Part shown: positions 39,929-52,290 of the stretch, in pieces | Position numbering within the stretch: the first letter of the stretch is position 1 | How the letters are laid out: every line of letters starts with the position of its first letter | NCBI RefSeq assembly: GCF_006345805.1 | Contig: NC_043002.1 | Coordinates: forward strand, 99,820,001-99,884,000 | Length of the DNA: 64,000 nucleotides | DNA from: Octopus sinensis | Lineage: Eukaryota | Direction: 5' to 3' | The notes under the pieces: generated by a model | The model's input: only the letters and a program-made list of their open reading frames with translations | Database searches by the model: none | Told to the model about the DNA's origin: nothing | Translations under genes and position numbers: made by a program

Positions 39929-40258
39929 ATATAAAAAGGAATGTGAAGAAATGCTGACAAAATAATTATAGTAATTTAAGTAATTTAATTAGGTGAAAGT
40001 TCTTTTTACCGGTTGCGCTTTGTTATGCTTATCAAAAGATATTTTTTAAGAGAGATAGAGTTCCTTTCTGATAAATTTTTTCCTCTTATTTCCAGATAAG
40101 AGGAAAAAATCTATCAAAAGGAACTCTATCTCTCTTAAAAAATATCTTTTGATAAGCATAACAAATGCGCAACCGGTAAAAAGAACTTTTCACTAATTAA
40201 ATTACTTAAATTACTTAAATTATTTTGTCAGCATTTTCTTCATTTCCTTTTTTATATA
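39929..40258. mobile_element. ~330-bp near-perfect palindrome (hairpin MITE / foldback)
   Basis: Arms pair throughout. Centre CCTCTTAT-TTCCAG-ATAAGAGG (40082-40103). Flanked by (TA)n. Confidence 0.9.
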
Positions 40259-40283
40259 TCACAACTCGTGTTCCACATCTCCT

Positions 40284-40329
<46 letters not shown>

Positions 40330-40517
40330 ATAACATAATGTATACACACATACACGCACAGACGTTTTCTTGGTTTTATGTTTATGTTTTTGTTTCTCAT
40401 TGTGTTCGACGTTTTTTTGTGTCCTGTACCCATTTATGCATGTATATATACATATAGATGTAGGCACGTACATATATGTATGCATATATGCATATGTTTT
40501 ATTCATTATTTTGTTAG

Positions 40518-40550
<33 letters not shown>

Positions 40551-40895
40551 TATATATATTATATATATACAATGGTTGTAATGTTCATCTGCCTCTCATG
40601 TCTCTTTTCCCTGCCTTGTGGTGAGAGTGTTTTAGAACAATTTAAAAGGAAAAAAGGAATAGACAGGATTAAATAGACAAATCCTGCGGCTATAATTGTT
40701 TATTTGAATATTTAAATGTTGTAAGATGGAACTGACTCTGGCTTGTTAAACAATAAAATATTTCAGAATAACCACAATATCCATCGGAAAAAAGTAAAAT
40801 ACAAAGACACTAATAAAAATATGAAAAACAAGCGTAGCCACCTTGAGAGCAAAATTGTATGTAGTTCTTAAATTGATATACGTAGGTGTCATCAG

Positions 40896-41117
40896 TTTAC
40901 TCTTTTACTCTTTTACTTTTTCAGTCATTTGACTGCGGCCATGCTGGAGCACCGCCTTTAGTCGAGCAAATCGTCCCCGGGACTTTTCTTTGTAAGCCTT
41001 AGTATATTCTATCGCGGTCTCTTTTGCCGAACCGCTAAGTGACGGGGACGTAACCACACCAGCATCGGTTGTCAAGCAATGCTAGGGGGACAAACACAGA
41101 CGCACAAACACACACAC

Positions 41118-41152
<35 letters not shown>

Positions 41153-41300
41153 TATATACGATAGGCTTCTTTCAGTTTCCGTCTACCAAATCTACTCACA
41201 AGGCATTGGTCGGCCCTGGGCTATAGCAGAAGACACTTGCCTAAGATGCCACGCAGTGGGAATGAACCCGGTACCATGTGGTTTGTTAGCAAGCTACTTA
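40896..41300 (-). mobile_element. Full-length SINE family A
   Basis: High identity to 24541-24947. Confidence 0.93.
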
Positions 41301-42032
41301 CCACACAGTCACTCCTGCGCTTATGTTTGCATACTAAACCATTGCAATTTAAAACACTCACCAGGAATTTCGTGGCCACCAACCCATTCAATTACCATTT
41401 TCTCTCTATTTATTTATCTCATTTCCCCATCCCTTCCTACTATATGCCTCTCTACTGACTCCCATTTCTCTAACACCCTGTATTTTCTCGGTTATCCCGC
41501 TTACTTTCACAATCTACATATATAGTAAAGTGTATTTAGTAGCGTTTCTGTTATTACTTATACATTTACTCTAATCCGCCTTTTTCTTGATCCACTTTAG
41601 TTGTCGCAATATTTTCGAATTCGTTTATTTTTCTTTAAAACACGGTTTACCAAACTGTTAGCACCAACCATCTATATTTGCCATTTCAAAGTCCACCTCA
41701 TTTAGTAATGTTATCTAATTACATCTATCTAGGAATCCCCTTCCGTATTGTCACACCTACCCTAACATATCTTCCGCATACAGCGCCCCACTTACAATTT
41801 CCAACAAATATTGCCATTCTGATAATACTTTAGTGACACTAAAACTAAATCAATGCATTTTTGTTACGGTTAAATTGTCTCAATTAAATGTCCTACATAT
41901 TTCAAAGGATATTAAACTGAAGCCGCTGTAACATTTTCAGCAGTAACAGTTAAATTTAAAGTGCCCCTTATATGTTGTCTTACCAACCGTAAACGACACA
42001 GATGAAAATATAGAATTGGTGAGTGCTTGTGC

Positions 42033-42063
<31 letters not shown>

Positions 42064-42649
42064 TAACGAAGGAGAAAAACAATTATGCTTTATATGCTAC
42101 TTGCTTTTCTCTTAAAATGTTAATACTAACAAAACTGAAAGCCACGTGAGTCAAAATATCTAAAACAAATGACCATTGAAAACTGAAATGTCAACGGTGA
42201 TAGTGAGGAACTCTTTCATTGACAGAAGCCGGAACAGCAAACTAGAACACTGCGTGTTCTTCACCAACAGTGGAAGGATAAAAAAAGTTTACAAGCTGGA
42301 GATCTGAACCCAGAATCTAGAAATAATAATGATCTTAACTTACTTTCTCGATCAAGGTCAGCCTTTGCTAGCTTTGATTTTTCTTGATAACTTTTCTGGA
42401 ATTTCAATTTAATTAAAATACGGAAAATGGGTTCAGTGCATAGGTCCAGTGTTAGCGCCAATTTCAAAGGACGATACTAACTTCTAATTGCGATTTTAAA
42501 ATGATATTGATCTCAAATTTACAATATTACCATGTCTCCAGTCTTCCTTCTGGAACTCAGCTACTGTTAGTTGACTTCCACTTGAAGCCACTGCAGAAGA
42601 AAAAAACAGTTAAACACCTTTTGGGTTTTGCGTTTTTTTTTTTGTCACA

Positions 42650-43715
42650 GTTTCTACCCGATCCCCTTTTCCTGCCCACGCAGCCGCATTTGCCCATACC
42701 TCTCCAACACCACCCTCCTCATCGGCACACATCATCGAACCTATCATATCACAAGTGTAGGTGGTTCCTTCACTTGCACTTCTAATAACGTCACCTACTG
42801 CATCTCCTGCTCTCTATATCCTTCTCTGTACATCGGTCAAACGGGACGCCGCTTGGCTGACCGATTCGCGGAACACCTCCGAGATATCAGACTCGGCAAC
42901 GACACCCAAGTCTCGCGCCAATTCTGCTTTACCGGCCACTCTTTACAACACCTGTCTGCGTGCGGATTGTCCTTGCACAGGGGCCATCCGGACTCCCGTC
43001 TTCGCTGTGAACGGGAATTAATCTTATCTCTTCGCTCCTTTGCTCCACACGAGCTCAACTCTCCTCCCCTCTTCATCTAAACCCCTCCTCTCCTTACACT
43101 TCCTCTCACCTATTTCCACCCACCTCTCATCTCTTGTTCTGACACCTACGTCTTCTCTTCACTCCTGCCCTCCTTCCAACCTCTCCCCTCAGCGTCACCC
43201 CCTCAAACGTTATCGCACCCTACCACCACTATACATCACATCCTACACATTCCACTCCTAGATGCACTACCCCCACCCTCACATCCTACTCCCACATACC
43301 CTCCCCTACCTCCACCTTCATCCCACCCCACCCTTGATGACCCACACTGGCCTCCTCCACATCCCAACACCTCCACACCACGCATCACCCACATTATCAT
43401 CCACACCTACACATGCACACACACACGTCAAGATCACTCTCAAATACACACTCACGTGAACCTTCGTTTTGGGATCATCACTACTATTTTTATCTCCCCT
43501 TTTTCCTAGCTGACCACCTGTGTCCGACCTTCGCCATGATTGATCGGTAGCCACTAAACCTTTTATTTATTTTCTCTCTGCTTATTTCTGTGTTCCTTTC
43601 TGTTGAAGAGCTTAGGCCAGAAACGTACAAGTTTTTCTCACTTCCCGAGCGTTAAAGTAATACATCTGTTTGTCGTTTACACACACATCTTCGTCTTTTT
43701 GTTAGTTCAAACTAT
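42650..43715 (+). mobile_element. Penelope-like element 3' part: GIY-YIG endonuclease, C/T-rich tract and HHR-bearing pseudo-LTR
   Basis: ORF 42628-43080: CPRSRIC...FTCTSNNVTYCISC...LYIGQTGRRLADRFAEH...LRSFAPHELN. HHR-like motif at 43596-43631. Confidence 0.92.
43596..43631 (+). ncRNA. Minimal type I hammerhead motif, A6U core, degenerate stem II
   Basis: CTTT-CTGTTGAA-GAGCTTAGGCCA-GAAAC-GTA-CAAG. Confidence 0.55.
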
Positions 43716-44280
43716 GTATAGATACTTATATATACATACTTATATATATATATATATGATGTACAAGGATTTTACGCATTAAATACGTTCTTACACTTCT
43801 ATCTAAGTTTTGGATACGTTCTGCTGGTAACAAGTTGGAATAATTCATATTTACATGACACCTATAGAGGCACGAACAATTTTCCACATCTGTTTTTCAC
43901 TATAGGCAGTCAAATTATATTTCTCTTAATGTTATTTAATTTTTTTTGCTTCTTTCGAATTTTTCCATGAAAGGTATTTTTATTTTTAATCCAATTTCTC
44001 CACTGTATTATTCCTAGATTTATTTACTTCGAGCTCCACACTTAAAGACAATTTACATATGCATCTATGTATGTATGTATGTATTTATGTATGTATGTAC
44101 GTACATATGTATATATGTATGTATGTATGTACGTACGTACGTATGTATGTATCGTAGATATCTTGGCTTAATTTAAACCAAATACATACTGCCCTATGTT
44201 TTAGGGGAATAATTTTTGTATTACACATTTGGACCAGAAATGTTTAAGGAAAACCTCCTTCTCAGAGATCCTGAAAATAT

Positions 44281-44319
<39 letters not shown>

Positions 44320-46799
44320 CGTTTTATGCGTGTATGAATGTATAAACGTATGCGCGTGTGCATGTATGTATGTACATAATGCAATTGCTTCCGCCGCTAG
44401 AAAATATATCTTCAAGAATTTCCAATTCTATTATATTTCAATGCATTGAAATATATTAACTAGAAACTTGGTCGAAAGCAATTTGATCGGTAGAAATGGC
44501 GACCAGTGGATTCATGCAAATTTCAGAATCAGTTTACGTTTGATAGGTATCGGAAATCAATACAGTGAGTGCACGCCATATTAAAATATGCCATATTGCT
44601 TCGTTCGAATCTCATTGAAACAGCGCAACGAGTTTGTGTATTAACTGCACTTTGGTTCATGTTCTGTGTGTGCGTGTGCGTGCGATGCATTTAACGTCAT
44701 TCTATATATTTAGAGAGTCATGCTATATGTTGTTAATAGAACAAAGTTATGTTTAGTAAGTCTTTACCAGAATGTTAGATATCTGTAAAATACAATTTAT
44801 TATTCCATTCGCTATGCTTGCAAGTGTTATAAAGTATTGGACCTAAACGAACTCTCAAATGATGTTTATGACACAACAATACGCACAACATAAATCTTTG
44901 TCTTATCTCATTATAATTATTCTCAGACGCATTCAATGTGTCTGTTTTGTTTTTATTCCATTTTTCAAATTGTTTTGAAAAGAAATACTTTCGCTAGTCT
45001 AGCTCAAATGTTCAGATGCCCAATAATACATGGAGGATAGTCGACATGCTCGTCTGAGATAGTGAATGGGTGAATGTAACTCAAATAAATCTTGAATGTC
45101 TGTTATAAGCAATAATACTTGGTATACAGCGCAGACCATACAATGAGTCTTGCTTAGAGTAACTGGAGAAACGGAAAAGAAAATTCGGCGTCTGAGTGAA
45201 CGATGAAAATAAAACTTCTATAGTTATAGACCTTCTCTCAATTAGTTTTCCGTGTAACTAACTGAAATTCACATTTGAAAAGAAAACGGGGGGGGGGGAT
45301 TGGGGGGGGGGATTGTATAGTATTCGTAGTCGATTTTCTCAATAAATAACTCAATGAAACGTTTTCGGTACATAAATTCTAGCGTCATCAACATTTCAAC
45401 AGGAAGCTAGAATCATCCCTAATGTGAAGACTATATATTCCAACTTAGCACTAGATGCATATGCTGTTGCATATCAATGCTTTGCCGACACGCCACCAAC
45501 AATATGATCTCTCGCTCATGTAAGAAGCACACACAGTTCAATATAGTCTTAGATGGAAAGTGCAAGGAAAATAAGCATCAATGTTTCGATTGGATACTTT
45601 TAATGGTTGGTCTGCTGAATGTGGAGTAACTTAAAGCTAAAAGAGAAAAGAGACGAACATACAGATATTGTTTAGTTTCTTTCTTTTGTATTTAATACAC
45701 AAAATGCAACTTGAACATAATGATTTTAATCTATTTTAAATAATATTCGTGATGTCCATCACGATCGCATACTGGGAAACACTGTATAAAATGTTAAAGC
45801 AAATGACTACTCTTGGTACCGATTTTACAAACCTTTGTAGTCTATCTGCGTTCTGGGTTTGAAAAAAGAAAGGATGACTGTGGACAGTCTTCCCTGAACA
45901 CAGTTCTGATGAAGTATATTAGTGGCAGTATGCTGTATGAAGGATGAGTAACATATACTTTTAATCATTGGATTCAGTACTTATTACATTGTAATGTAGG
46001 CCAAGACGTGCTGGGATAAAATATTGTTCCGTTTACATAAGTGAAAATCTACAACAGATTTGTTTTATATTTGTGGGTAATTAATAATTTTCATCCATTC
46101 CATTTTGTTGAATATGTGAATCTTTTTGTATGGGTAGTTTTCGATAATGAGGGTGAAAAAGAGAGCAAGTGTGAGTATATAGGAGAAAGAATATTTATTA
46201 TATATTTTAAATGCCTGAAGTACTGATTATGTCTGGTGGTTTGTCGTAAGAAGCGCATATTTCGGGGAGATATTATTGTCCCAGCGGCAATCGTATCCCG
46301 TATTCAAAGATTTGCACACTTAGAGTATAGTTTCAAACATAACTTATTGGAAAATTGCAAGTGTTTGAGTCATTCACATATAAATAATTTGGTCTACTAA
46401 GTATTTGAGTCTTTTCTTTCATTCTTCCTTGTTCCGTAAAGTAGATCACAGTGTTCCATATAGTCGACCAAACCTCAAAATAGAAATAAATTCTGCCACT
46501 GTTAGAATTACGTTTTTTGGTAATTCCTTCAATTAAATACACCTCGTTATATGAGGTCAGTGCCCACATTTGCTGAGTGACTGATCTTGTATTTAGGGCT
46601 GCAGATAAAATATCGAACCAAAATGGGTTTCTCTATTTAGTTGTATGCCTATATTATCTAAGTTTAAATAACTTTCAGGGTGAATTTTAATTTACTTATG
46701 CAGTTCTCAAGAAAATATGTATAAATGAAATTCTGTACCATCCTACCAAATTTCTTGGTACCATTACTAAGTTTAGAATCAATAAATCTTGGATACATA

Positions 46800-46851
<52 letters not shown>

Positions 46852-47089
46852 AATACACGAGTGTATGTGTGTATGTGTGTGTGTCTGCTTTCTTTTCTTT
46901 ACAAGCAATATATTAAATAATTGAAATGAACGTGGAATTGAATAATAATGAAGGCTTACCTTGATTTAGCTTATTTACTATAACACTGGGTTTTGCACTT
47001 TAAACTGGTTTTTGGATATTTCTCTCGACGTATGTGTTTGTCACTTGTAAATCTATACCGTGACTTGACCAAATATTTGACGCTCTTGC

Positions 47090-47520
47090 AATTCCAGTGC
47101 TTAGGTAGAGACTGTGGACCAGGAGGTCACGTAGGTGGGTTCGTTTGAAGGAAGGAAGGTGTCGGTTAGGAAAGATGTTCGAAGTGGAGGGGTAGGACTG
47201 GAGTCGCCGGAAGGGTCAGAGAATGGTAAGTTGTAGAGGTAGAGTGGAGGGGTGGTACGCGAGGGGAAACGGGAGACGGGTGATAGCGGGGCAAGTGCCA
47301 GGGGAGAGAGCAGATACACGGTCCCCGGAAGTGCTCTGGTAAGATCGGTGTGGATAGTGGTGAGGGGATATCCACGTAGGATGAAGTGGCGAAGCATGAG
47401 TTGAAACTTAGTCTCAAAGTCATGGTTGCCAGTGTAGAGCCTACGCAGACGGAGGAATTGGGAATAGTAGATGGATCGCTTTGTGTATTTATGGTGGGAG
47501 GAGGAGAAGTTGAGCTAGAG
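47090..47520 (-). mobile_element. Penelope-like element fragment (RT C-terminus to linker)
   Basis: NFSSSH..HTKRSIYYSQFLRLRRL..., LRHFILRGYP, FKRTHLRDLLVHSL across frames. Confidence 0.85.
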
Positions 47521-48030
47521 GTGTTGGGATTTGCGGAGGGTTAAATTGTTAAGAAAAACAGGATAGTAAAAATAAAACCGTAAAAGCAAACGGTAAGTGT
47601 GGTTAAGCAATAACGAGATGAAGTAGTGAAAGCTGGAGAAATGAGCTTTGACAGGAGGCAGGCAAGAATGTCTGTTGTCTCTTGTAATGTCTCTTGTAAA
47701 ACGTATATGTACATAACTACATATATATGTATATACGCATGCATATATGAGTACAGGACAACTGTTGAAAGGATTGTTCTTTATGTTTTCTGATTTGTTT
47801 CTCTATTTGTTTCTTTCGTTGTTCGAAAAAAGTTCGTTTTCCATGTTTTTGTTTTTCTATTCTCGTTTTTGTTGACGTGCTGTCCCCATATATTCATCTG
47901 TATATGCATTGTATATATAGGTATATACATATATGATTGTATATATGCATATATATTATTTCGATTATATATATATATATATATGTTTTGGGATCTTCAA
48001 AATGCACCTGAATCTCAAAACGACTACACA

Positions 48031-49838
48031 TGATTGATTGATTGATTGATTGATTCTAGTTTCAGCTTATGAGCTGTGGCCATGCTGGGGCACCGCCATT
48101 TGGTGTTGCTACTTGGTTCACTTCATGGAGGCTTTCTAGCAACTGCTATTTGGTTCATGAGAGAGTTCGATGCAGCTGCCCTCATCTGCCCCTCCTGCCG
48201 TGAAGTTGGTTCATCTCTGCCACCTGACAGGAAGAGATCCAGCTTCATTTTAAAGACATCTGTATCCACCCCATGCAGGTCTCTCAGTTCTTCGGGAGGA
48301 TATTGAAGAGCTGTGGGCCACGGAAGCCCAGGCTATCACAGAATCTTGTCCTACATCTTGATGGCCAGTTTGGGAGTCCTAGGCACCACGCAGTGGCGCC
48401 CGTTCTGGCATTTGCGTAACTCTCGATGCCAAAGTTCAGGACACTTCCCTCCAGGATCTTCCAGATGTATATTATGGCATATCTTTCCCGCCTACGCTCC
48501 AGGGAATATAATTTTAATCTCTTGAGTCTTTCCCAGTAGCTTACATTCTGCATGAGGCTATCTTCTTTGTGTAGCTTCGTTGGATCGCCTCAAGTTCTGT
48601 GATCAACTTGACACTGGATGGTGACCATAGCTGAGAGCAATAGTCAAAGTGGCTTAGGACAAGTGTCTTCCAGAGGACCATCATGGTTTCTGTTCTCTTG
48701 TTCTAAAGGTTCTAAGAATCCATCCAGCCAGCCGTCTACATTTCATTGTCAGTTAGCAACATGTACATGAAAGGTCGCGTCATCACTCATGTGAATACCC
48801 AGGTCACGCACTGATTGTGCCTCTGGGATTGCAATCCCTCCGGGTCCAGTGTATTCATGGGGTATTGCATTCAGTTTTGCATGCTGATAGTATAAAGCTT
48901 GAAACTTTCCAGCATTGAACTGCATGCTATTCTTTTCAGCCCACTTGTATATTTCGTCCAGCTCACATTGCAGGTGTTTAGTGTCCCAGGGTTCTGTATT
49001 GCCTGGTGAAATTTTTGTATCATCTGCATAACTTGTGATCGTGGCTCTCTGCGTGGCTGAGGGCATGTCTGAGAGGCCATTATGAACAGTAGTGGTCCCA
49101 GAACAGTGCCCTGCGGAACACCGCTCACTATTTGTGTGTTAATGGAGGTGGCCCCATTGGCTACTACCACCTGACTTCTATCCTTCAGAAAGTCATGAAG
49201 CCATTCTCCCAGTTTTCCAACTATGTTGAGATCACGCAGTTTGTGACATATCATTCCATGATCGACTTTATCAAAGGCCTTTGCAAAGTCGAGATATATC
49301 ACTTCCACATTTGAGTGGTTGAGCAGCCGTTTCAGCACCCAGTCATAGTGTTGTAGGAGCTGAGTTAAACAGCTTCTCCCTGGTCGGAATCCATGTTGGG
49401 GGTCGGGCACAAGTCATTCCTTCAAGGAAGGTGATCAGCTTCCTTCTGACTATTCGTTCCATGACCTTGCTGATGTGTGAGGTCAGAGAGATAGGTCTAT
49501 AGTTCTTGGCTTCCGCTCTGCTACCTCCTTTATGAATGGGGCATATTTTACCTTCCTTCAGTTTTCCTGGAAGTTTGCCAGCTGCAAGGAAGCTCTGAAA
49601 GAGGAACTGCAGTGGTCTTGCTAGGACTCTCTTACATGCTTTTAGGAGGATTGCCGGGAATCCATCGGGGCCAGTAGCTGAGTCTGTTTTCATTTCATCT
49701 ATAGCCTTGGTTACATCGTCTTCCTTTATATCGATGTAATCTATCGTCGCCGCCTCTGATTTTATATCTGCAGTGGTAAAAAAGTCAGTTGGATTGGTGA
49801 TTTGGAGATGCCCAAGGGGTGGAGTGAAAACACTCTTG
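48031..49838 (-). mobile_element. 5'-truncated CR1/L2-group LINE with RT and (AATC)n tail
   Basis: SATGPDGFP, NYRPISLTSHISKVMERIV, QHGFRPGRSC, YLDFAKAFDKV, SGVPQGTVLGPLLF, YADDTKI, SLERRRERY across frameshifted ORFs. 3' (AATC)n tail at 48031-48055. Confidence 0.95.
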
Positions 49839-50009
49839 AGATTCAGGTGCATTTTCAAACCCGAAAACTCTTTTCCTATAGATACATTCACATATGACAC
49901 ACACACACAGTTTGTTATGTGTGTCTATGTGTTTCTTTGTAAGTGTGTTTGTGTTTTTTTTACTTGTGTGTCTGCGCTCACACAGTTAAATATATCGGTG
50001 AAGTCCCTC

Positions 50010-50564
50010 GATTAATTCGACCTCAGTACGCAACAGGTACTTAATTTATCAATTCCGAAAGGATGAAAGGCAAAGTTGGCCTCCGCGGAATTTGAACTTA
50101 GAATGTAAAGACAGGCTAAGCATTTCGCCAGGTGTGCTAACGTTTCTTGTTTCTTTACTGCCCACAAGGGACTACACACAGACAGGACAAACAAGGACAG
50201 ACAAACGGATTAAGTCGATTATATTGACCCCAGTGCGTAGCTGGTACTTATTTAATCGACCCCGAAAGGATGAAAGGCAAATTCGATCCCGGCGGAATTT
50301 GAACTCAGAACGTAGCGGCAGACGAAATACCTATTTCTTTTCTACCCACGAGGGGCTGAACACAGAGAGGACAAACAAGGACAGACAAACGGATTAAATC
50401 GATTAGATCAACCCCAGTGTGTAACTGGTACTTATTTAATCGACCCCGAAAGGATGAAAGGCAAAGTTGACCTCTGCGTAATTTGAACTCAGAACGTAGC
50501 GGCAGACGAAATACTGCTAAGCATTTCGCCCGGCGTGCTAACGATTCTGCCAGCCCGCCGCCTT
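50010..50564 (-). mobile_element. Cluster of three adjacent SINE family D units
   Basis: Units at about 50010-50142, 50146-50330 and 50332-50564. Only the last keeps the tRNA-like head (rc AAGGCGGCGGGCTGGCAGAATCGTTAGCACGCCGGG...GAGTTCAAATT). Confidence 0.9.
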
Positions 50565-52117
50565 GCCCACACAGTTGAATATAGTTACAATTCTTTAGGA
50601 GTGATCGCATCGTACGATATTCCACAAGATGATTCATTGAAAGGGTACTAAATCTTCAGCATAAAACAGTTTTTCATTTTTACCAACCAATAGTATTCTA
50701 GCGCATGTTTTAGTTTGCATTTGCTCTATATTAAACCTAGGCTATATCTGTATAGTCTTTGTAAGAACATGGCAGTCTAATGCGGTTTTACATTTTGTTT
50801 GCTTGTAAGGATTATCTTTTTTGCTGAGAAACAGTATTGAATCAGATTCATCACATGGCTCTTAATATCATAGTGTGTGAATTTAGATCAAAACATGGAG
50901 ATATAACATTACAAAATCCTCTCATAAAATATTCACAACATGCATGCCACATAGGTTTTACCAACTCATTACACCTGTCAAATATAACAGTTTATAAAGA
51001 TAATTTTAGTTGCTATTATTTCCAAAGAAATAAATAATTTAAACGGAGAATATAGTTGTTGTATCTATGATTCTAATGAGTATTTTAAATGTGTGAATGT
51101 TCCTACATTATTTGCTTCAAAATCCAGAAACAGTGTACCATTGTAGAAAGAAAATCTCTCATAAACATTGTTATGCAATGGAAGATTTACTCCACGAACA
51201 TACGCTTTCGGATTTTGTCTCAAAGAGCAGGTACCATGTTTTCTAATTGAATTTCTGTAGACGGAAACATGGGAAATTTGGCAGATGCATCGCTCATTTC
51301 TTGGATTTGAGACTTAATCCGTATCCCGGTTCACCGGCTCGAAATAGACTTTAACACATTTTAACGAAGTCCATTTGAGAGCAAGCATCAAAAGATAACT
51401 TTTTCTCCTTCTTCCACCGTTTTGAAATGCCCCGATATACTTTTATGTATAAATCATATCATTAATCTCTTCCCCTGAAAATAATCGTGTTAATTCCATC
51501 GATAATGCCATCTTATCCGACAGGTAGAGAGCGATAAAGGATAATAACTTACACAACGTTGGATACGGATATAAGGTATAAATACTTCTTATTCACCATA
51601 AATTAAAACACCTATTCTATGTGTCTTGAACCGGATGATTTATGAATACGTAGTATGCTTCTTTACTGAACCAATTCAAACAAGTAAATCAAACTATTTC
51701 TGCGTTTTCTGTTTTCAATTCTTACTATAAAATTATTTGTTCTATGGTAGCTATCTTATTACGTTGCCCCAATTATTAGTTTACTATTAAGAATCCTCCT
51801 TTACAAGGGGCGCCCAACCCTTTCCATACTACATACTCATGGTAACATTTCGTAAAAAAATTCCACAAATTCATTCATATTCTTATAATTGTATCTGAGA
51901 ATATATATATGATACACGTTATCTATAAATCTAAGACCCGCTTCAAAGTGATTTTTTTTTTGTGAAAATCAAATTCTACTGTGGATACACGCAAGAACAG
52001 AAACCGAGAGATTATTTTCAGTTTGTTATGTAAATATAATACAGTAACTTATTGATATCCAATTTAGTTGAGTGTTTTATTTTATTTTCAGGTTGTTTTA
52101 AAATAGCCTTTGCTACA

Positions 52118-52290
52118 ATGGCGGATTTTCGCCGAAGTATGGGAGATGTATTAGGAGCGGCTGCGAGGCCTCAGTCACCTCTAAAGCAACGGAGAGGTAA
52201 GAAGAAATCAGAAGAAAGATATATAAGTAAACTAGACAAACAAGCCGATGAGGAAGCATTTACGTTTCCTAAAGAGCATGAAAATATAAA
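52118..52290 (+). CDS. Probable first coding exon of an unidentified host gene (exon 52092-52290)
   Basis: Acceptor TTTTATTTTATTTTCAG|52092; GCTACAATGG start context; non-repetitive reading MADFRRSMGDVLGAAARPQSPLKQRRGKKKSEERYISKLDKQADEEAFTFPKEHENIK; donor AA|GTAAGT at 52291 (phase 2). Confidence 0.75.

Noticed and set aside
50010-50564. Repeated units that superficially resemble a CRISPR or regular array
   Set aside because: The units are ~190-230-bp SINE copies with no unique spacers, in eukaryotic context, and there are no cas genes.
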